From positions 160,001 to 224,000 of IMG/VR virus record IMGVR_UViG_3300031867_000001: 64,000 bases of DNA; one strand, written 5' to 3'. The first letter of the stretch is position 1. Every line of letters starts with the position of its first letter. Shown one piece after another: positions 9,023 through 20,017 of this stretch. This DNA is from a virus (taxonomy: Duplodnaviria; Caudoviricetes). Position numbers and translations under genes: made by a program. The notes beneath the pieces are model-generated. The model had not been told where the DNA came from and searched no databases. It was given only the letters and a program-made list of their open reading frames with translations.

Positions 9023-10843
9023 TTAATCTAATATCATCAATTCCGTATCCAATGCATCAAACAATTCTGTTACACTTGGAACGTTCATCCAATTGTGCAA
9101 TAAGGAATCATAATTATGATTCTTATATGCATTGACAATTGGTCCGGTGATATCTTTCTCATGTAACCGATTCTTTGAATCTTTCCACTTGTACTCTTGA
9201 TTGAATGATAGATTGATACATTGAGATGTTCTGAATACATCATTGTTGACAACACATTTGAATTTCAATGACATTGGATCTTGGTTGCCACCCATCTTAT
9301 TGGACGGATAATATGATTTTGCATCTGCATCCAATGATCCATAAATGATATTATTGTGATTCTTGCCATTGATGATTAAACCCGTTGGTGCATTTAATGA
9401 AGGCTCGGCAACATATGCACCTTCATATGCAGTATCATATCCTTCAGGGATTAACAATCTACAAGCTTGGATATAATTCTCCTTCTCAAAGAAATACTCG
9501 CGTCTATTACGAACGATATGTGTTTCTTGGAAACACTTTGAATACTGTGTTGCAAATGTATAAGATCTTGCATATAAAGAACCACAATCATTCGTTTGTT
9601 TCTCAATTGCCAGTTGGACAACAACATCTCGAACGTTATATAGTATGAAGTTGATAAAGTCTTCATATGCAAAGTTGCGGAATGAATATTTCTTCGATGA
9701 AGATTTCTTCTTATGAATGTTTGCAACTTTTCCACCGATATAATCCAACTTCAATGAACGTTGTTCTTTCTTGGATTTACGAATTGCCGCAAAGTTTCGT
9801 TCTTGACATAAATACTGCGAATAGGTTGATGCAAAGAAGAAGTCTTTTGATGTTTTCATTGCTGCATCTTTCGACTTATCTTTCTTGAAGTATAATGTGC
9901 GGGTTTTGAATTCTTGTGGGATGAAGAATGATCTCGGATCATATCCAAGTGTCTCGATACGATTCTTAATGTAATTATCATCAAAAGGTGCATTCCATGA
10001 TAATACAAACCATGGTCGATATTTATTGATGTATTCAATAATGGTTTTCAACATATAGATTTCTTTTTCATAATCAAATATGTGTAACCGAATATCATAT
10101 CCTTCCAAGTATTGCTGGTTGTCTTTATCAAATACGGCTATTTTCTTTTTCATTTCTTCTTGATTGTTGACCAACCAATTATACGCTTTGATTTGTTTAT
10201 CCAACAATTCATGGAAAGATGGATCGAGTAAATGTCTTGGTCGAGGACCTAATACAAATACTGCACATATCTTCTGTTCTTCCAAGATTAATGTCACTGC
10301 ATTGACCGGTTGTGGTGCTTCAAAATAATTGTCCATATCCAATGATCGATCAATGACATCAACCTCAATATCCAAGAAGGACGGATGTACGTGAGAAATA
10401 TCCGTTTGATCTCCATATGTTTGAATCCACAATAATCTGAAGTACACATCTTCGGTGAAATCTGCTTTAAAGACCCATGGGCACTCACACATCTTCTTTT
10501 TGATTTCATGTGGTTTGTAGTCATACTCTTTCATTTCTTCATAAATTTGTGCCCACTCACCACCAATATTTTCCGCAATCTTTGCAGAAATCTGTGATGG
10601 TTTACAATATACTGGATAACACTTGTCTCGCAATACTTGTGCAACTTGATACTTGTGTTCTTTTGTATTTCGATATTCTTCTTTTAAGAACCAAATATCT
10701 ACAATTGGATTGATATATTTCAATTCCAATCTATTTGTAAAGGGATCCCAATAAATGACTTCGTATGTTTCTGGAGAACTGGAATATCTCACATCTACTA
10801 ACAAAGATCCTTCGGGAAATAGTTTCTTTAAGTTTATCAACAT
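9023..10843 (-). CDS. family B DNA polymerase, N-terminal part (3'-5' exonuclease + motif A)
   Basis: ExoI LDIEVD, ExoII WNAPFDDNYI, ExoIII YNVRDV and motif A DAKSYYPS; motifs B and C are absent. Confidence 0.85.
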   Translation of the reverse strand: MLINLKKLFPEGSLLVDVRYSSSPETYEVIYWDPFTNRLELKYINPIVDIWFLKEEYRNTKEHKYQVAQVLRDKCYPVYCKPSQISAKIAENIGGEWAQIYEEMKEYDYKPHEIKKKMCECPWVFKADFTEDVYFRLLWIQTYGDQTDISHVHPSFLDIEVDVIDRSLDMDNYFEAPQPVNAVTLILEEQKICAVFVLGPRPRHLLDPSFHELLDKQIKAYNWLVNNQEEMKKKIAVFDKDNQQYLEGYDIRLHIFDYEKEIYMLKTIIEYINKYRPWFVLSWNAPFDDNYIKNRIETLGYDPRSFFIPQEFKTRTLYFKKDKSKDAAMKTSKDFFFASTYSQYLCQERNFAAIRKSKKEQRSLKLDYIGGKVANIHKKKSSSKKYSFRNFAYEDFINFILYNVRDVVVQLAIEKQTNDCGSLYARSYTFATQYSKCFQETHIVRNRREYFFEKENYIQACRLLIPEGYDTAYEGAYVAEPSLNAPTGLIINGKNHNNIIYGSLDADAKSYYPSNKMGGNQDPMSLKFKCVVNNDVFRTSQCINLSFNQEYKWKDSKNRLHEKDITGPIVNAYKNHNYDSLLHNWMNVPSVTELFDALDTELMILD

Positions 10844-10993
10844 TCACACCACCAATATCTTTATTTGAATACTTTCCCTCGTATTCCAAAATAAGTATAT
10901 GTATACAAAGTGTCAGTATTATTTTGTCAAATGTAATTTAAAATTTAAGAAATACTAAAAGATACATTTCACAGAAAAGGAGTTGTTTATCTT

Positions 10994-11425
10994 ATGATAA
11001 CAAATGCAAATGCAAACGTAGAAAAGTCTGGTGGGTTTGATATCAGTACTGGAGAGTGTAAGATCAGTATTGGTACAATTAACAAAAATTCTACGGTTTA
11101 CAACAGAGAGGAGTTCGTCCAGACATTGCAGTATAATCTTTCCGTATATCATCAGATTCTTCAGCAGATGATGTATGATCGATATGTAGAAGAACTTCCA
11201 GAGGACACAAAGAAAGAATACTTCGATAGATGTTTTAAATTCCTGATCGATTCTGGAATTTCACCTTATCAGTATTTCAATCCGTTCACCACTGATACTT
11301 CTGAAGTCACCAAGAGAATTGCATGTGATGCAATTGTCGTCTTCAATGCATTATATGATGCATTGCAGAAAGCAGAAACAACAACAACTGAACCAGTTGA
11401 TTCCGAACTTGTTGAAAATGAGTAA
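10994..11425 (+). CDS. hypothetical protein
   Basis: 143-aa ORF, AAGGAG RBS, followed by a palindromic terminator at 11435-11457. Confidence 0.7.
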   Translation: MITNANANVEKSGGFDISTGECKISIGTINKNSTVYNREEFVQTLQYNLSVYHQILQQMMYDRYVEELPEDTKKEYFDRCFKFLIDSGISPYQYFNPFTTDTSEVTKRIACDAIVVFNALYDALQKAETTTTEPVDSELVENE

Positions 11426-11543
11426 TATGAATGATGTGGGGGCTAAACGCCCCCACAACATTATCATTTGTTTGCTTTAACATACACTACGATGCTTCAG
11501 CCCGCCTTACAGACACAATACACTACGTTACTTAACCATCGCA

Positions 11544-14399
11544 TCAATTAGAACGTCCTGGTGGTTTACCCGAATCTCCATATTTTGTATTCTTAATATT
11601 GGAAACTTCGGTCATCCATTGTTTACCAGAAACATGTCTAACGGAATTGATTGCAGATATTGTCTTGGTGGTTCCTTGAATTCGGTGTGTTAATGCAAAT
11701 TCAATTGGTATGAAATTGAATCCCTTTGTTTCGGCATTGATATCAACACCATAATCATATATGACATAATATGGTCCATAACAATAGATACCAGATCTGT
11801 TGGCATTGTTATGGGAGTCCGAAGTTCCAGATGCATAATCCCAGTCAATACCAGTTGCAGCATCAACCGGTTTATTCAAGAACTTACCAAAATCGGCAAT
11901 TGCAATACACGAGCCAGGTGTACTACCACCACATCCATGACCCATAACCAATACAAGTGTTGTGCCTCTGATATATTTAAGCTTCATATACAATCGCGAG
12001 TAAATATAAGAAGATGTCGGATCGGTATATGGAATATTGTGAATATTCGTTGGCTGTTGTGTATAAATATAAAACTGCTCTTGGAATTTAATACCCTTCG
12101 TATATGAACCATTGCTGTCATGCAAATACAATACAATGCAATCTTCAACAGATGTCATTGATAGATATTTCGCACCAAATTTCTGTGTGATGATGTTGAT
12201 GACTCCATCACATGCAATTCCCGTACCACTTGCATCGGTTATATTATACATATGCGTGTATGATGAACCATTCGTGATCCATACTCGATCATTTAATCCA
12301 AATATTAATATTGGATCAGAATATCCGGATGGAAGATCGAAATCACATATTTGAGTCCACGTATTTGCGGTTACATTATACTCGGCAACATAAACATGTT
12401 TATTGTAGTAATATGCAATTCGATTACGCGATTGAGTATCTTGTATACAGCAACCCATTGAAGAAGTGAATCTGAAACGTCGTGCCATATGTCCAATAAT
12501 ACCAGCAGTCGGATTATCGACTTCATACTGGATATACATGACAACGAATTCACTCTTGTTTCCAAGTGCTTGGAATCCAATCACACCATTGTTGGTTTCC
12601 GTATGATATGTGTCATTTAATGCGGTATCAACAGTGAATCCATTTGTTGCATTGGTGCACGAATATTGTGTTGTGGTAATATTACCAATATCATGCAGAT
12701 ATTCAGACATGTTTGTGAAATAATATGATGGATTACCAGTGGTGGTTCCAAGCATTCCAAATGTTACAATATTTTCTGCATAACAGTAGTGATTCAAAGA
12801 CTCTCGATACAGAGATGCGAATTGTGGGATTTCATATATGGAACGTTTATTCGGGAAATAAACCGTATGACCAATGACAAAATATCCAACATCATAATTC
12901 TCACAAGTTGCATCTTCGCGCGTTGTACTCTTATTGAAGTTGATAAAGAAGCGATCACCCGCATTACCAGTCAACGTAAATTCGATTGATTCACGAACGG
13001 GATTCAATGTTACATTTGTTCCAGAGATGTAATAATGTTTATTACGCAATTCCGTCGGAACATTGGAGACATCAGTGATTAATGTCCATGATGAACGATT
13101 CCAATATTCGTCGGTGGCATAGATAGTTGTATTGCCATTATTGAATTTCACAATCGAATCGTTTACATCGGGATTCACATGCAAGAAACATTCAATGATA
13201 TTTCCGGTTGTTGTATTTGTGTAATAAATCGCAATTGCACATGTTGTTCCAAATGCAGTTTCATCATATTGATGATTTGGATTATTCTGGTATTGTACTT
13301 CATTTGAATATGTCGCAGTTGATTTATTGAACAAATACGCTTTGGATACATCAATATTCGTGAATGGATAATCGGGATACGAATTGTTTCCAAATTTCGT
13401 AGCAATTGAATTTGCTGTGATATGTGAACCATATGAATCATAATTTTCACCGGGTAATATTTGAAATGGCGGTTTGATCAACACATCAACGTCTTCACGT
13501 GATCCCGTTTGAAATTGTCTTTCCAAACAGATATATCCATTTGACTTTTGTACAAATCCGTCCAAGTAACCGAGCAACTCACCAGAACCTTTGTAAATCT
13601 CATATGGTTTCATTGTCATATACACAGATGCGTTTGAGTTTGTTCCAACTTCAATGATTCTATCGACTGACAATTCACCAATGACATTGTTCCGTTTGAA
13701 AATATATCCGTCAGCATCGTCACTTCCAAATCGATCATTCACAAAGAATTCCATTGTTGTTAATGCAATATTCTTACCAGCACTCAATGCATCTGTTATC
13801 AACTTTTTGTCATATGTTAATACAAAGAATACTTGTATGTCAAGTCTTTCATTTGCATATTTGGTAAAGTTATTGATCTTATCACCTTGAAGATCATATA
13901 ACCAAGAATGCGTCCATAATTCATTAATTGCAGTACCAATACCATATTCCGTAATCGAAACATCGGTTGATGGACCACCGGACACTTGGTCATTGAATCG
14001 ACAATCCATGTATCGACAAATTACCGAGATCAACCCAGATGTGGAATCATACCACAATGGATACTTATAATGATCATTATACGTATATGGACCATTGCAT
14101 GATGATATAACCGTTGCTGCTTTATCGGTTGATGGTGAGATTAATGTTTGAGTCGTTTTGAAATTGACACTTTCATCTGTTCCTTTACCGATGTACAATG
14201 ACGTCGGGAAGTCTCTTTTATTACTGAAATATTGAGCAAATCCATAATCTGTCATTGTATTCATTCCGTATACTTCATCACCGACTTGAACATCGTTTAC
14301 GTATTTACGGAATACATATAAATTGGAAAAGGCACCGCTTGGTCGATGCCTTTTCGCAAATTCCATCATTCGTTGAAATGATTGATAATCATGGTTCAT
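11544..14399 (-). CDS. virion structural / tail-baseplate fibre protein
   Basis: 951 aa, rich in N/T/Y/S and beta-type; N-terminal tail-fibre-like segment (NTMTDYG..LYIGKG..ITEYGI); downstream of the Gly-rich tail protein. Confidence 0.6.
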   Translation of the reverse strand: MNHDYQSFQRMMEFAKRHRPSGAFSNLYVFRKYVNDVQVGDEVYGMNTMTDYGFAQYFSNKRDFPTSLYIGKGTDESVNFKTTQTLISPSTDKAATVISSCNGPYTYNDHYKYPLWYDSTSGLISVICRYMDCRFNDQVSGGPSTDVSITEYGIGTAINELWTHSWLYDLQGDKINNFTKYANERLDIQVFFVLTYDKKLITDALSAGKNIALTTMEFFVNDRFGSDDADGYIFKRNNVIGELSVDRIIEVGTNSNASVYMTMKPYEIYKGSGELLGYLDGFVQKSNGYICLERQFQTGSREDVDVLIKPPFQILPGENYDSYGSHITANSIATKFGNNSYPDYPFTNIDVSKAYLFNKSTATYSNEVQYQNNPNHQYDETAFGTTCAIAIYYTNTTTGNIIECFLHVNPDVNDSIVKFNNGNTTIYATDEYWNRSSWTLITDVSNVPTELRNKHYYISGTNVTLNPVRESIEFTLTGNAGDRFFINFNKSTTREDATCENYDVGYFVIGHTVYFPNKRSIYEIPQFASLYRESLNHYCYAENIVTFGMLGTTTGNPSYYFTNMSEYLHDIGNITTTQYSCTNATNGFTVDTALNDTYHTETNNGVIGFQALGNKSEFVVMYIQYEVDNPTAGIIGHMARRFRFTSSMGCCIQDTQSRNRIAYYYNKHVYVAEYNVTANTWTQICDFDLPSGYSDPILIFGLNDRVWITNGSSYTHMYNITDASGTGIACDGVINIITQKFGAKYLSMTSVEDCIVLYLHDSNGSYTKGIKFQEQFYIYTQQPTNIHNIPYTDPTSSYIYSRLYMKLKYIRGTTLVLVMGHGCGGSTPGSCIAIADFGKFLNKPVDAATGIDWDYASGTSDSHNNANRSGIYCYGPYYVIYDYGVDINAETKGFNFIPIEFALTHRIQGTTKTISAINSVRHVSGKQWMTEVSNIKNTKYGDSGKPPGRSN

Positions 14400-14406
14400 T
14401 TATGAC

Positions 14407-17400
14407 TCATCCTCCTTCTGAAAAAGTTTTTAAATCATATGCGAATTTATAATCCGACTTCTTTACATTGATACTTGCGATATGATTTGTAAATGTGGAT
14501 ACTGGATATTTCAAATATCCATCTGTGATGACTGCACATTCATCTGTTAATGCACAATACGATTCATCATATTCAATGTTTTCCGATTCACTCGCATTAT
14601 ACAAATATACCGCTTGTGTATATTTCTTACCGAGATTATATTTCAACGTACCAACATAATTCACACAGAACAAACCAGCGCCTGTTGGATCTAAATATAG
14701 ATTCTTATACACACATGGTATCTTTCTGAAATCATATGCTGATACACGAGAATCAGATCCTGGGTATTGAGTGTATGTTGATTTCAAAGAATCGGTTTTC
14801 AAATCATAAATCATAATATAATTTGATTGATAACAATTGATGATCAATGCATTGTTTTCATACATCACAGATGATGGATAATCACCAATTGGTGTGATGA
14901 CTTGTTTGTCACATGCGAGTGTTTCTTCATCATAAATATTGATCAAATTCTTTGTTGCAATATAGAACTTTCCATCATGGTAACAAACAGCCGCATATGT
15001 ACCTTGATATTGCGAAACCCATGTCGTTGTCGCAATCGTAAGATCATGTGCTTCTTTATCAAAGAAGAAAATCTTACATGGATTTGGTGATGGGATTATG
15101 AAGCATACCTTCTTTTTACCAACCGCAAAATCCGTAATCATTCCACTGTATGACGATGGGAAGTTGTGGTATGTGTAAATATTACCAATGATATCAAACA
15201 ATGCAACACGGCTTCCACATATATTGATGATGGTACGATGGTCGTCATCGTACCAATCCATCTTTGTACACCATCCAGTTGTGTTTGTGCTCATTTGATA
15301 ACTCAATATGTTCAACGTTGTTCGATCAACGGTGATGATACGACTGACTTCTCTTGATTGTGTTTGTGCACTACCACCTGCTACGGTTGGTCTCAGATAA
15401 TAATAGTTATCATCAACCAAGAAACATGCCATGCCATAATATGGCGTATCAATTAATAAATTATATCGGATTTTAGCAACTGGATGTATCTGGTTGGTAT
15501 CATAATGAAAACGTTTGATATCAAAATATGCAACACTTGCATCATTGACTTTTTCTATCGTAACACTTCCAATGTATACAGATCGTCCACTCACCGTACA
15601 TGTTGATGTATAACGGGCTGTCGTGTTTTCATCTGTCAAGTTTGGTACAATAAACGTTGGTATGGATTTGGAACCACCAATCTTTGTTGGTAGTAACCAT
15701 TGTGCCGTTTCAATTACACCCGTATCCGGATTGCGATAATCTTCCATCTCACCACGTGGTTTCACCAATGTGCCATAACACGGATTTTCGGGTTCACAAT
15801 CCAAAGATGGTGTAACTTCTTCTTTGGAATAATATCGATAAGATGTTGTTGATGATTTTCCTTGAGTCTCAACCGATGCGGCGTATATCTCACACTTCTG
15901 TTTTGTTGGTTCTGCAATGTCGACATTTGCAACAATTGTAATCAATCCATCCAATCCCTTTTCTGCAGAATACACAACAGTGAATATGGATTCATCTGCA
16001 TCATAATCAATCGCTGCAGATAATACGTTTGCTGCATCCAGATCTGTTTTATATTTTACAGACACACGATTTGGTGTTGATAATAAACCAACATGTGTAG
16101 TGGAATCTGTTTCATCATAAATATACAATGAATAGGATTCCGATAGTCCATTGTCTGATTTAAAGAACGATGTTGGGTGTACATCAAATATTTCTTTTGT
16201 TAATGTGGTTGGTTGTGGTACAATTAATTCCCACATTTGATTTGCTTGATTATATGCTTTATAACCATCATTATCACGTGCAATACATGGCTCGATGATA
16301 TAATTCGCAATGATTTTTGCCATGGATGTGAATAATGGAAGTGTGTTTCCACCAGCATCCGTTGTTGCATTGATCAATTGATATTTTTCTGGGACAAGAT
16401 ATCCAGATACAATATATGATGTTCCGGTATAAACATATCCTGAACCACCTTGTGCTCCATCGATGGTGTGTCTGGATTGGTTGTCGTATACACCTGAACC
16501 ACCATACCATCCGCCTCCACCACCAGCACAACGTTTGTATGTTGATGATTTAACAGAAGCGACACCACCATTTCCAAATGAACCTGCAACTGTTGTATTG
16601 AAATTGGTTGGTGCGGATGATTGTGTTGATGGATCATTAACACCGACATTATTTACAACAATTGAACGTGTTCCACCAGTTAATCCACCACCAGCACCTC
16701 CAGAAGCCAAACCTCCATTTCCTAATGCAGTACCGTTTGCTCCAGCACCACCAGCAACAATCAATCGATGATATAATGTATCACGAACAATTCTGATATC
16801 AGTTGCTCCTCCACCAGGAATTTGGTCTTGTGAATCATATGTCGTGGATGGTAAACCACCACCGTTATATGCCATAATCGGCATGTATTGAATTGCCGTT
16901 GTATGATCATCTACATCAAATGTTGGTGATCCATAATTCCACATGAATCCACATCCACCAACATTCACGTATATATCAACTGGATTATCAACCGTCAATA
17001 CACCTTGTGAAAATCCTCCTCTGGATGAATCGACAAACTTGACAGAACCACCATCTCCACCATAACATTGAACGGTATATTCACCTCTCTTCAATATCAT
17101 AGTTTCTTGTTCACCAACACATGGGAATTCAATCGTATCACCAGTTGAATATGTATCCGTCAATTCACATATGATGATTTCTCCTTCAACGGATTGTCCC
17201 GAACATTGGAAAACATCTGTGAAATAATACTTTGGATCTGGATTATACCCGTCTGGTTTATAAGATGATGCGGTCAATACATAACCGGAACCACCACCGC
17301 CATTGATTGGAGTTGTGTATTTTTTGGATTGCGTTTGGTATGTGAAACCACCATACCAGCCTCCTCCTCCACCACCACAACCTTCATCAATACCAACTGC

Positions 17401-18813
17401 ACCGCCACCTTCATTGCTGGCTTTCCGTACTGGCATTTTCGAATATCCTTCGGTGAATCCAAATGTCTGGTTTGCGATCAATCTACTATTTGGATCAAAC
17501 GCATCATATGTATCCATATAACCGCCATTGATGCCACCACCAATGGATGTAACATATGCGCTCGTTTTAACACATGCTCCACCACCACCAGCAACCATGA
17601 TTCTGGAATCGATGGACGGATGTAATCTTTTATAGTCAGATAATGCGGTTGGTAATACACCTTGGATGGGATCGAGCATTGGCATGTTGGATACTTTGTC
17701 ATACAAATAAATCTTCCCATCATACAGTCGAGTGGTTGGAATATAGTCACGAACAAGTGTTTCTCCTTCATATATTTTACAGCCATAAAACTTCATGAAA
17801 GATGGTTCTGTTACATTTCGGATGTTTGTACCATTACATGCTCCACCAATTGTGAATGGAACGCTGTAAGTTGGAACTGTTCCCGTAGCTCGTTCAATCT
17901 TACCAACTGATGTACCATTCAAGAACCACTCAGCTTTATTAACATCCATTACCAATTTGATTCTTTGATTCCATACAAACTCACCAACGATATTTTGGTT
18001 CGTTGTGGAATTGATTCGGAATGTTGGTTTAAATGAACTTGAAAGAACTGTGTAGAATGAAAACTCGGTATTGCCCGAAGAATTTCTGGAAGTGATTATT
18101 CCAGAACGTGCATACTTTGTAGATCTTCTGTACATCAAAACACAATCCAATTCAACACGTGTATTTTCATTTGGAATATAATCCGTTATGAAATAATTTC
18201 CATCCATTGTTGTTGCTTCATCTCGAATATTATTAAAACCAATAAAATCATAATAATCAAGCTGTTGGAAGATGTGTGTTTCATCATACACACCTGGAAC
18301 TGCATCTGCATCTTCATATTGTACAACTGGATTTGCGGGTGGAATGTATGCCGCCGTTTCTGGATCATTCGTTGGATATTCATTTGGATCATATGCCAAT
18401 AAACGAATATCCGATGCTCCACCACCTCCACCTCCAGGAATGGAGTCATTATCACGTCCAACTCCACCATGTGCTCCGCCATTAAATCCACCGACTTGAT
18501 CAAGTATGGATTTCCCATCATACTTGTAATCACGATCATTTGTCACATCAGCGCCGTTACCACCAACAACTGCATGGAATGTTTCGGTTTCATTTAATGT
18601 GATTACACCATATGAAACACCACCCATTGACAAAGCGACATTCTCATCTTCACCAAATGGTGAATAGACACCGCCTCTGCCACCTTTACAGATAAACAGA
18701 TATGTTCCAGATGGTAGTGTGAATGGCTGATCACCATTCACACATTTAAAGTCATAGATTACTTTCCACATGTTATTCTTATATACAATAATACGATCAT
18801 TCAAATTAATCAC
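14407..18813 (-). CDS. large glycine-rich tail/receptor-binding protein
   Basis: Two Gly-rich repeats (GGGGASDIR, VAGGGG, GGGGGWYGG, GGSGYV), an inserted LamG/concanavalin-like segment and a C-terminal propeller-like region. True start is probably GTG 18813 or TTG 18804 after AAGGAG. Confidence 0.75.
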   Translation of the reverse strand: MINLNDRIIVYKNNMWKVIYDFKCVNGDQPFTLPSGTYLFICKGGRGGVYSPFGEDENVALSMGGVSYGVITLNETETFHAVVGGNGADVTNDRDYKYDGKSILDQVGGFNGGAHGGVGRDNDSIPGGGGGGASDIRLLAYDPNEYPTNDPETAAYIPPANPVVQYEDADAVPGVYDETHIFQQLDYYDFIGFNNIRDEATTMDGNYFITDYIPNENTRVELDCVLMYRRSTKYARSGIITSRNSSGNTEFSFYTVLSSSFKPTFRINSTTNQNIVGEFVWNQRIKLVMDVNKAEWFLNGTSVGKIERATGTVPTYSVPFTIGGACNGTNIRNVTEPSFMKFYGCKIYEGETLVRDYIPTTRLYDGKIYLYDKVSNMPMLDPIQGVLPTALSDYKRLHPSIDSRIMVAGGGGACVKTSAYVTSIGGGINGGYMDTYDAFDPNSRLIANQTFGFTEGYSKMPVRKASNEGGGAVGIDEGCGGGGGGWYGGFTYQTQSKKYTTPINGGGGSGYVLTASSYKPDGYNPDPKYYFTDVFQCSGQSVEGEIIICELTDTYSTGDTIEFPCVGEQETMILKRGEYTVQCYGGDGGSVKFVDSSRGGFSQGVLTVDNPVDIYVNVGGCGFMWNYGSPTFDVDDHTTAIQYMPIMAYNGGGLPSTTYDSQDQIPGGGATDIRIVRDTLYHRLIVAGGAGANGTALGNGGLASGGAGGGLTGGTRSIVVNNVGVNDPSTQSSAPTNFNTTVAGSFGNGGVASVKSSTYKRCAGGGGGWYGGSGVYDNQSRHTIDGAQGGSGYVYTGTSYIVSGYLVPEKYQLINATTDAGGNTLPLFTSMAKIIANYIIEPCIARDNDGYKAYNQANQMWELIVPQPTTLTKEIFDVHPTSFFKSDNGLSESYSLYIYDETDSTTHVGLLSTPNRVSVKYKTDLDAANVLSAAIDYDADESIFTVVYSAEKGLDGLITIVANVDIAEPTKQKCEIYAASVETQGKSSTTSYRYYSKEEVTPSLDCEPENPCYGTLVKPRGEMEDYRNPDTGVIETAQWLLPTKIGGSKSIPTFIVPNLTDENTTARYTSTCTVSGRSVYIGSVTIEKVNDASVAYFDIKRFHYDTNQIHPVAKIRYNLLIDTPYYGMACFLVDDNYYYLRPTVAGGSAQTQSREVSRIITVDRTTLNILSYQMSTNTTGWCTKMDWYDDDHRTIINICGSRVALFDIIGNIYTYHNFPSSYSGMITDFAVGKKKVCFIIPSPNPCKIFFFDKEAHDLTIATTTWVSQYQGTYAAVCYHDGKFYIATKNLINIYDEETLACDKQVITPIGDYPSSVMYENNALIINCYQSNYIMIYDLKTDSLKSTYTQYPGSDSRVSAYDFRKIPCVYKNLYLDPTGAGLFCVNYVGTLKYNLGKKYTQAVYLYNASESENIEYDESYCALTDECAVITDGYLKYPVSTFTNHIASINVKKSDYKFAYDLKTFSEGG

Positions 18814-18892
18814 ACTCCTTATTGTCTCATATATGATATAAGACAAAACGTTACAATTTTGTGACGGGGCATATGCCCCGTCAACATGTAAA

Positions 18893-19300
18893 TTACTCTT
18901 GTGATGAAGGTGTATATGGAGTATCGGATGCACTGTAAATAGCAACCAATGTATCGTCTGGAATAACATTGAGTTGTCGTTGTGTTGGATCTCCATTGAA
19001 TGTAATGACTTGAGATTCAAAGCCAACAACTTTCAAGTTACCATTCTGACAATCCTCTTCAACTGTACGAGACATGTATTCTCTGATGGCTCTGTATACT
19101 GTCTCAGTTGCAGTGTCAACCAACAATGCATTTCTCTTGTACAACTTATTCGATTCATAATCGGCAATAGAAGCATTACCACTTCCACCGCCCAATTCCA
19201 ATTGCTCCAACTTTTCAGTCAATTGTGCCAACAACTCTTGTTGTGTTGCAATTGTTTGAAACAATGTTTGGAAAATCTGATCATCAAACTGTTGAGGCAT
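18893..19300 (-). CDS. hypothetical (probable virion) protein, N-terminus MPQQFDD
   Basis: GGAGGGAG RBS; coiled coil followed by GGGSG linker. Confidence 0.75.
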   Translation of the reverse strand: MPQQFDDQIFQTLFQTIATQQELLAQLTEKLEQLELGGGSGNASIADYESNKLYKRNALLVDTATETVYRAIREYMSRTVEEDCQNGNLKVVGFESQVITFNGDPTQRQLNVIPDDTLVAIYSASDTPYTPSSQE

Positions 19301-19325
19301 TTGTAACTCCCTCCTTTATAAAAAA

Positions 19326-19529
19326 TTAACCTTGCTGTTGTTCCAACCAATAATCTACTCGTGCATTAATTCTTGTTAATAATGAATTAATCGTTCCAAG
19401 CTGTTCAATCGTTGGTTGTAACTCTGTATTCAATTTTTTGATTACAAACGCCCATGTGATAACATTTGCAATATCTCCATCTGGTAATTCAAATGACAAC
19501 GGTTTTGTATCATCAAACTGTTGTGGCAT
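19326..19529 (-). CDS. small hypothetical protein, N-terminus MPQQFDD
   Basis: AGAGGTG RBS upstream of ATG 19529. Confidence 0.65.
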   Translation of the reverse strand: MPQQFDDTKPLSFELPDGDIANVITWAFVIKKLNTELQPTIEQLGTINSLLTRINARVDYWLEQQQG

Positions 19530-19635
19530 ATTGAACACCTCTCTTTCTTCTATAATATTAATGATTCGTTTTTACAACAAAAAAGAACCCCACGTGATTG
19601 TGGGGTTCTTCGGGAATCGCAAGGTTGAACGGTTG

Positions 19636-19842
19636 TTAATCTGGGAGCTTGATAAACAACTCCGAGTATTTAACAGCCCAGCATGCAAAGGCTGTCATAA
19701 CGATGAACCCGAAAGTCCATCCGATTGCTGGGCAATACTCAGGGTCTCCCAGCTTGTACAGAACATAGATGACAGTCGGGATGTGGATGGTCATAACCAT
19801 CCGAGCGATAGCTATGCGCAGTTTTCTAATTTTGTTTTTCAT
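19636..19842 (-). CDS. small two-TM membrane protein
   Basis: AAAGGAGAGG RBS, basic N-terminus and two hydrophobic helices; terminator at 19583-19610. Confidence 0.65.
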   Translation of the reverse strand: MKNKIRKLRIAIARMVMTIHIPTVIYVLYKLGDPEYCPAIGWTFGFIVMTAFACWAVKYSELFIKLPD

Positions 19843-19954
19843 AATGAACCTCTCCTTTTTTACTTTATAAATAACCAATTGAACATTGTGATGAGTTGGT
19901 TTGTTGCGTACTCGTGGAAGCCGCTAACTCTAACTTCCACGTTTATTTGCGATT

Positions 19955-20017
19955 TTACTCGCAAATTATGATACTACCCGTAGTGTCGGGAATATAAATC
20001 TCGCCGATTTCAGTCAT
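19955..20017 (-). CDS. 20-aa micropeptide MTEIGEIYIPDTTGSIIICE (leader module copy 1)
   Basis: AAAGGAGGTG RBS; homologous to 22721-22774 with synonymous substitutions. Confidence 0.7.
   Translation of the reverse strand: MTEIGEIYIPDTTGSIIICE

Noticed and set aside
11460-11543. ATACACTACG duplicated in a 3' spacer
   Set aside because: Only two short copies and no recognisable RNA family; not a CRISPR array.
18814-19029. N-terminal extension of the 1540-aa ORF
   Set aside because: It overlaps another gene and a terminator; the RBS supports a start at 18813 or 18804.
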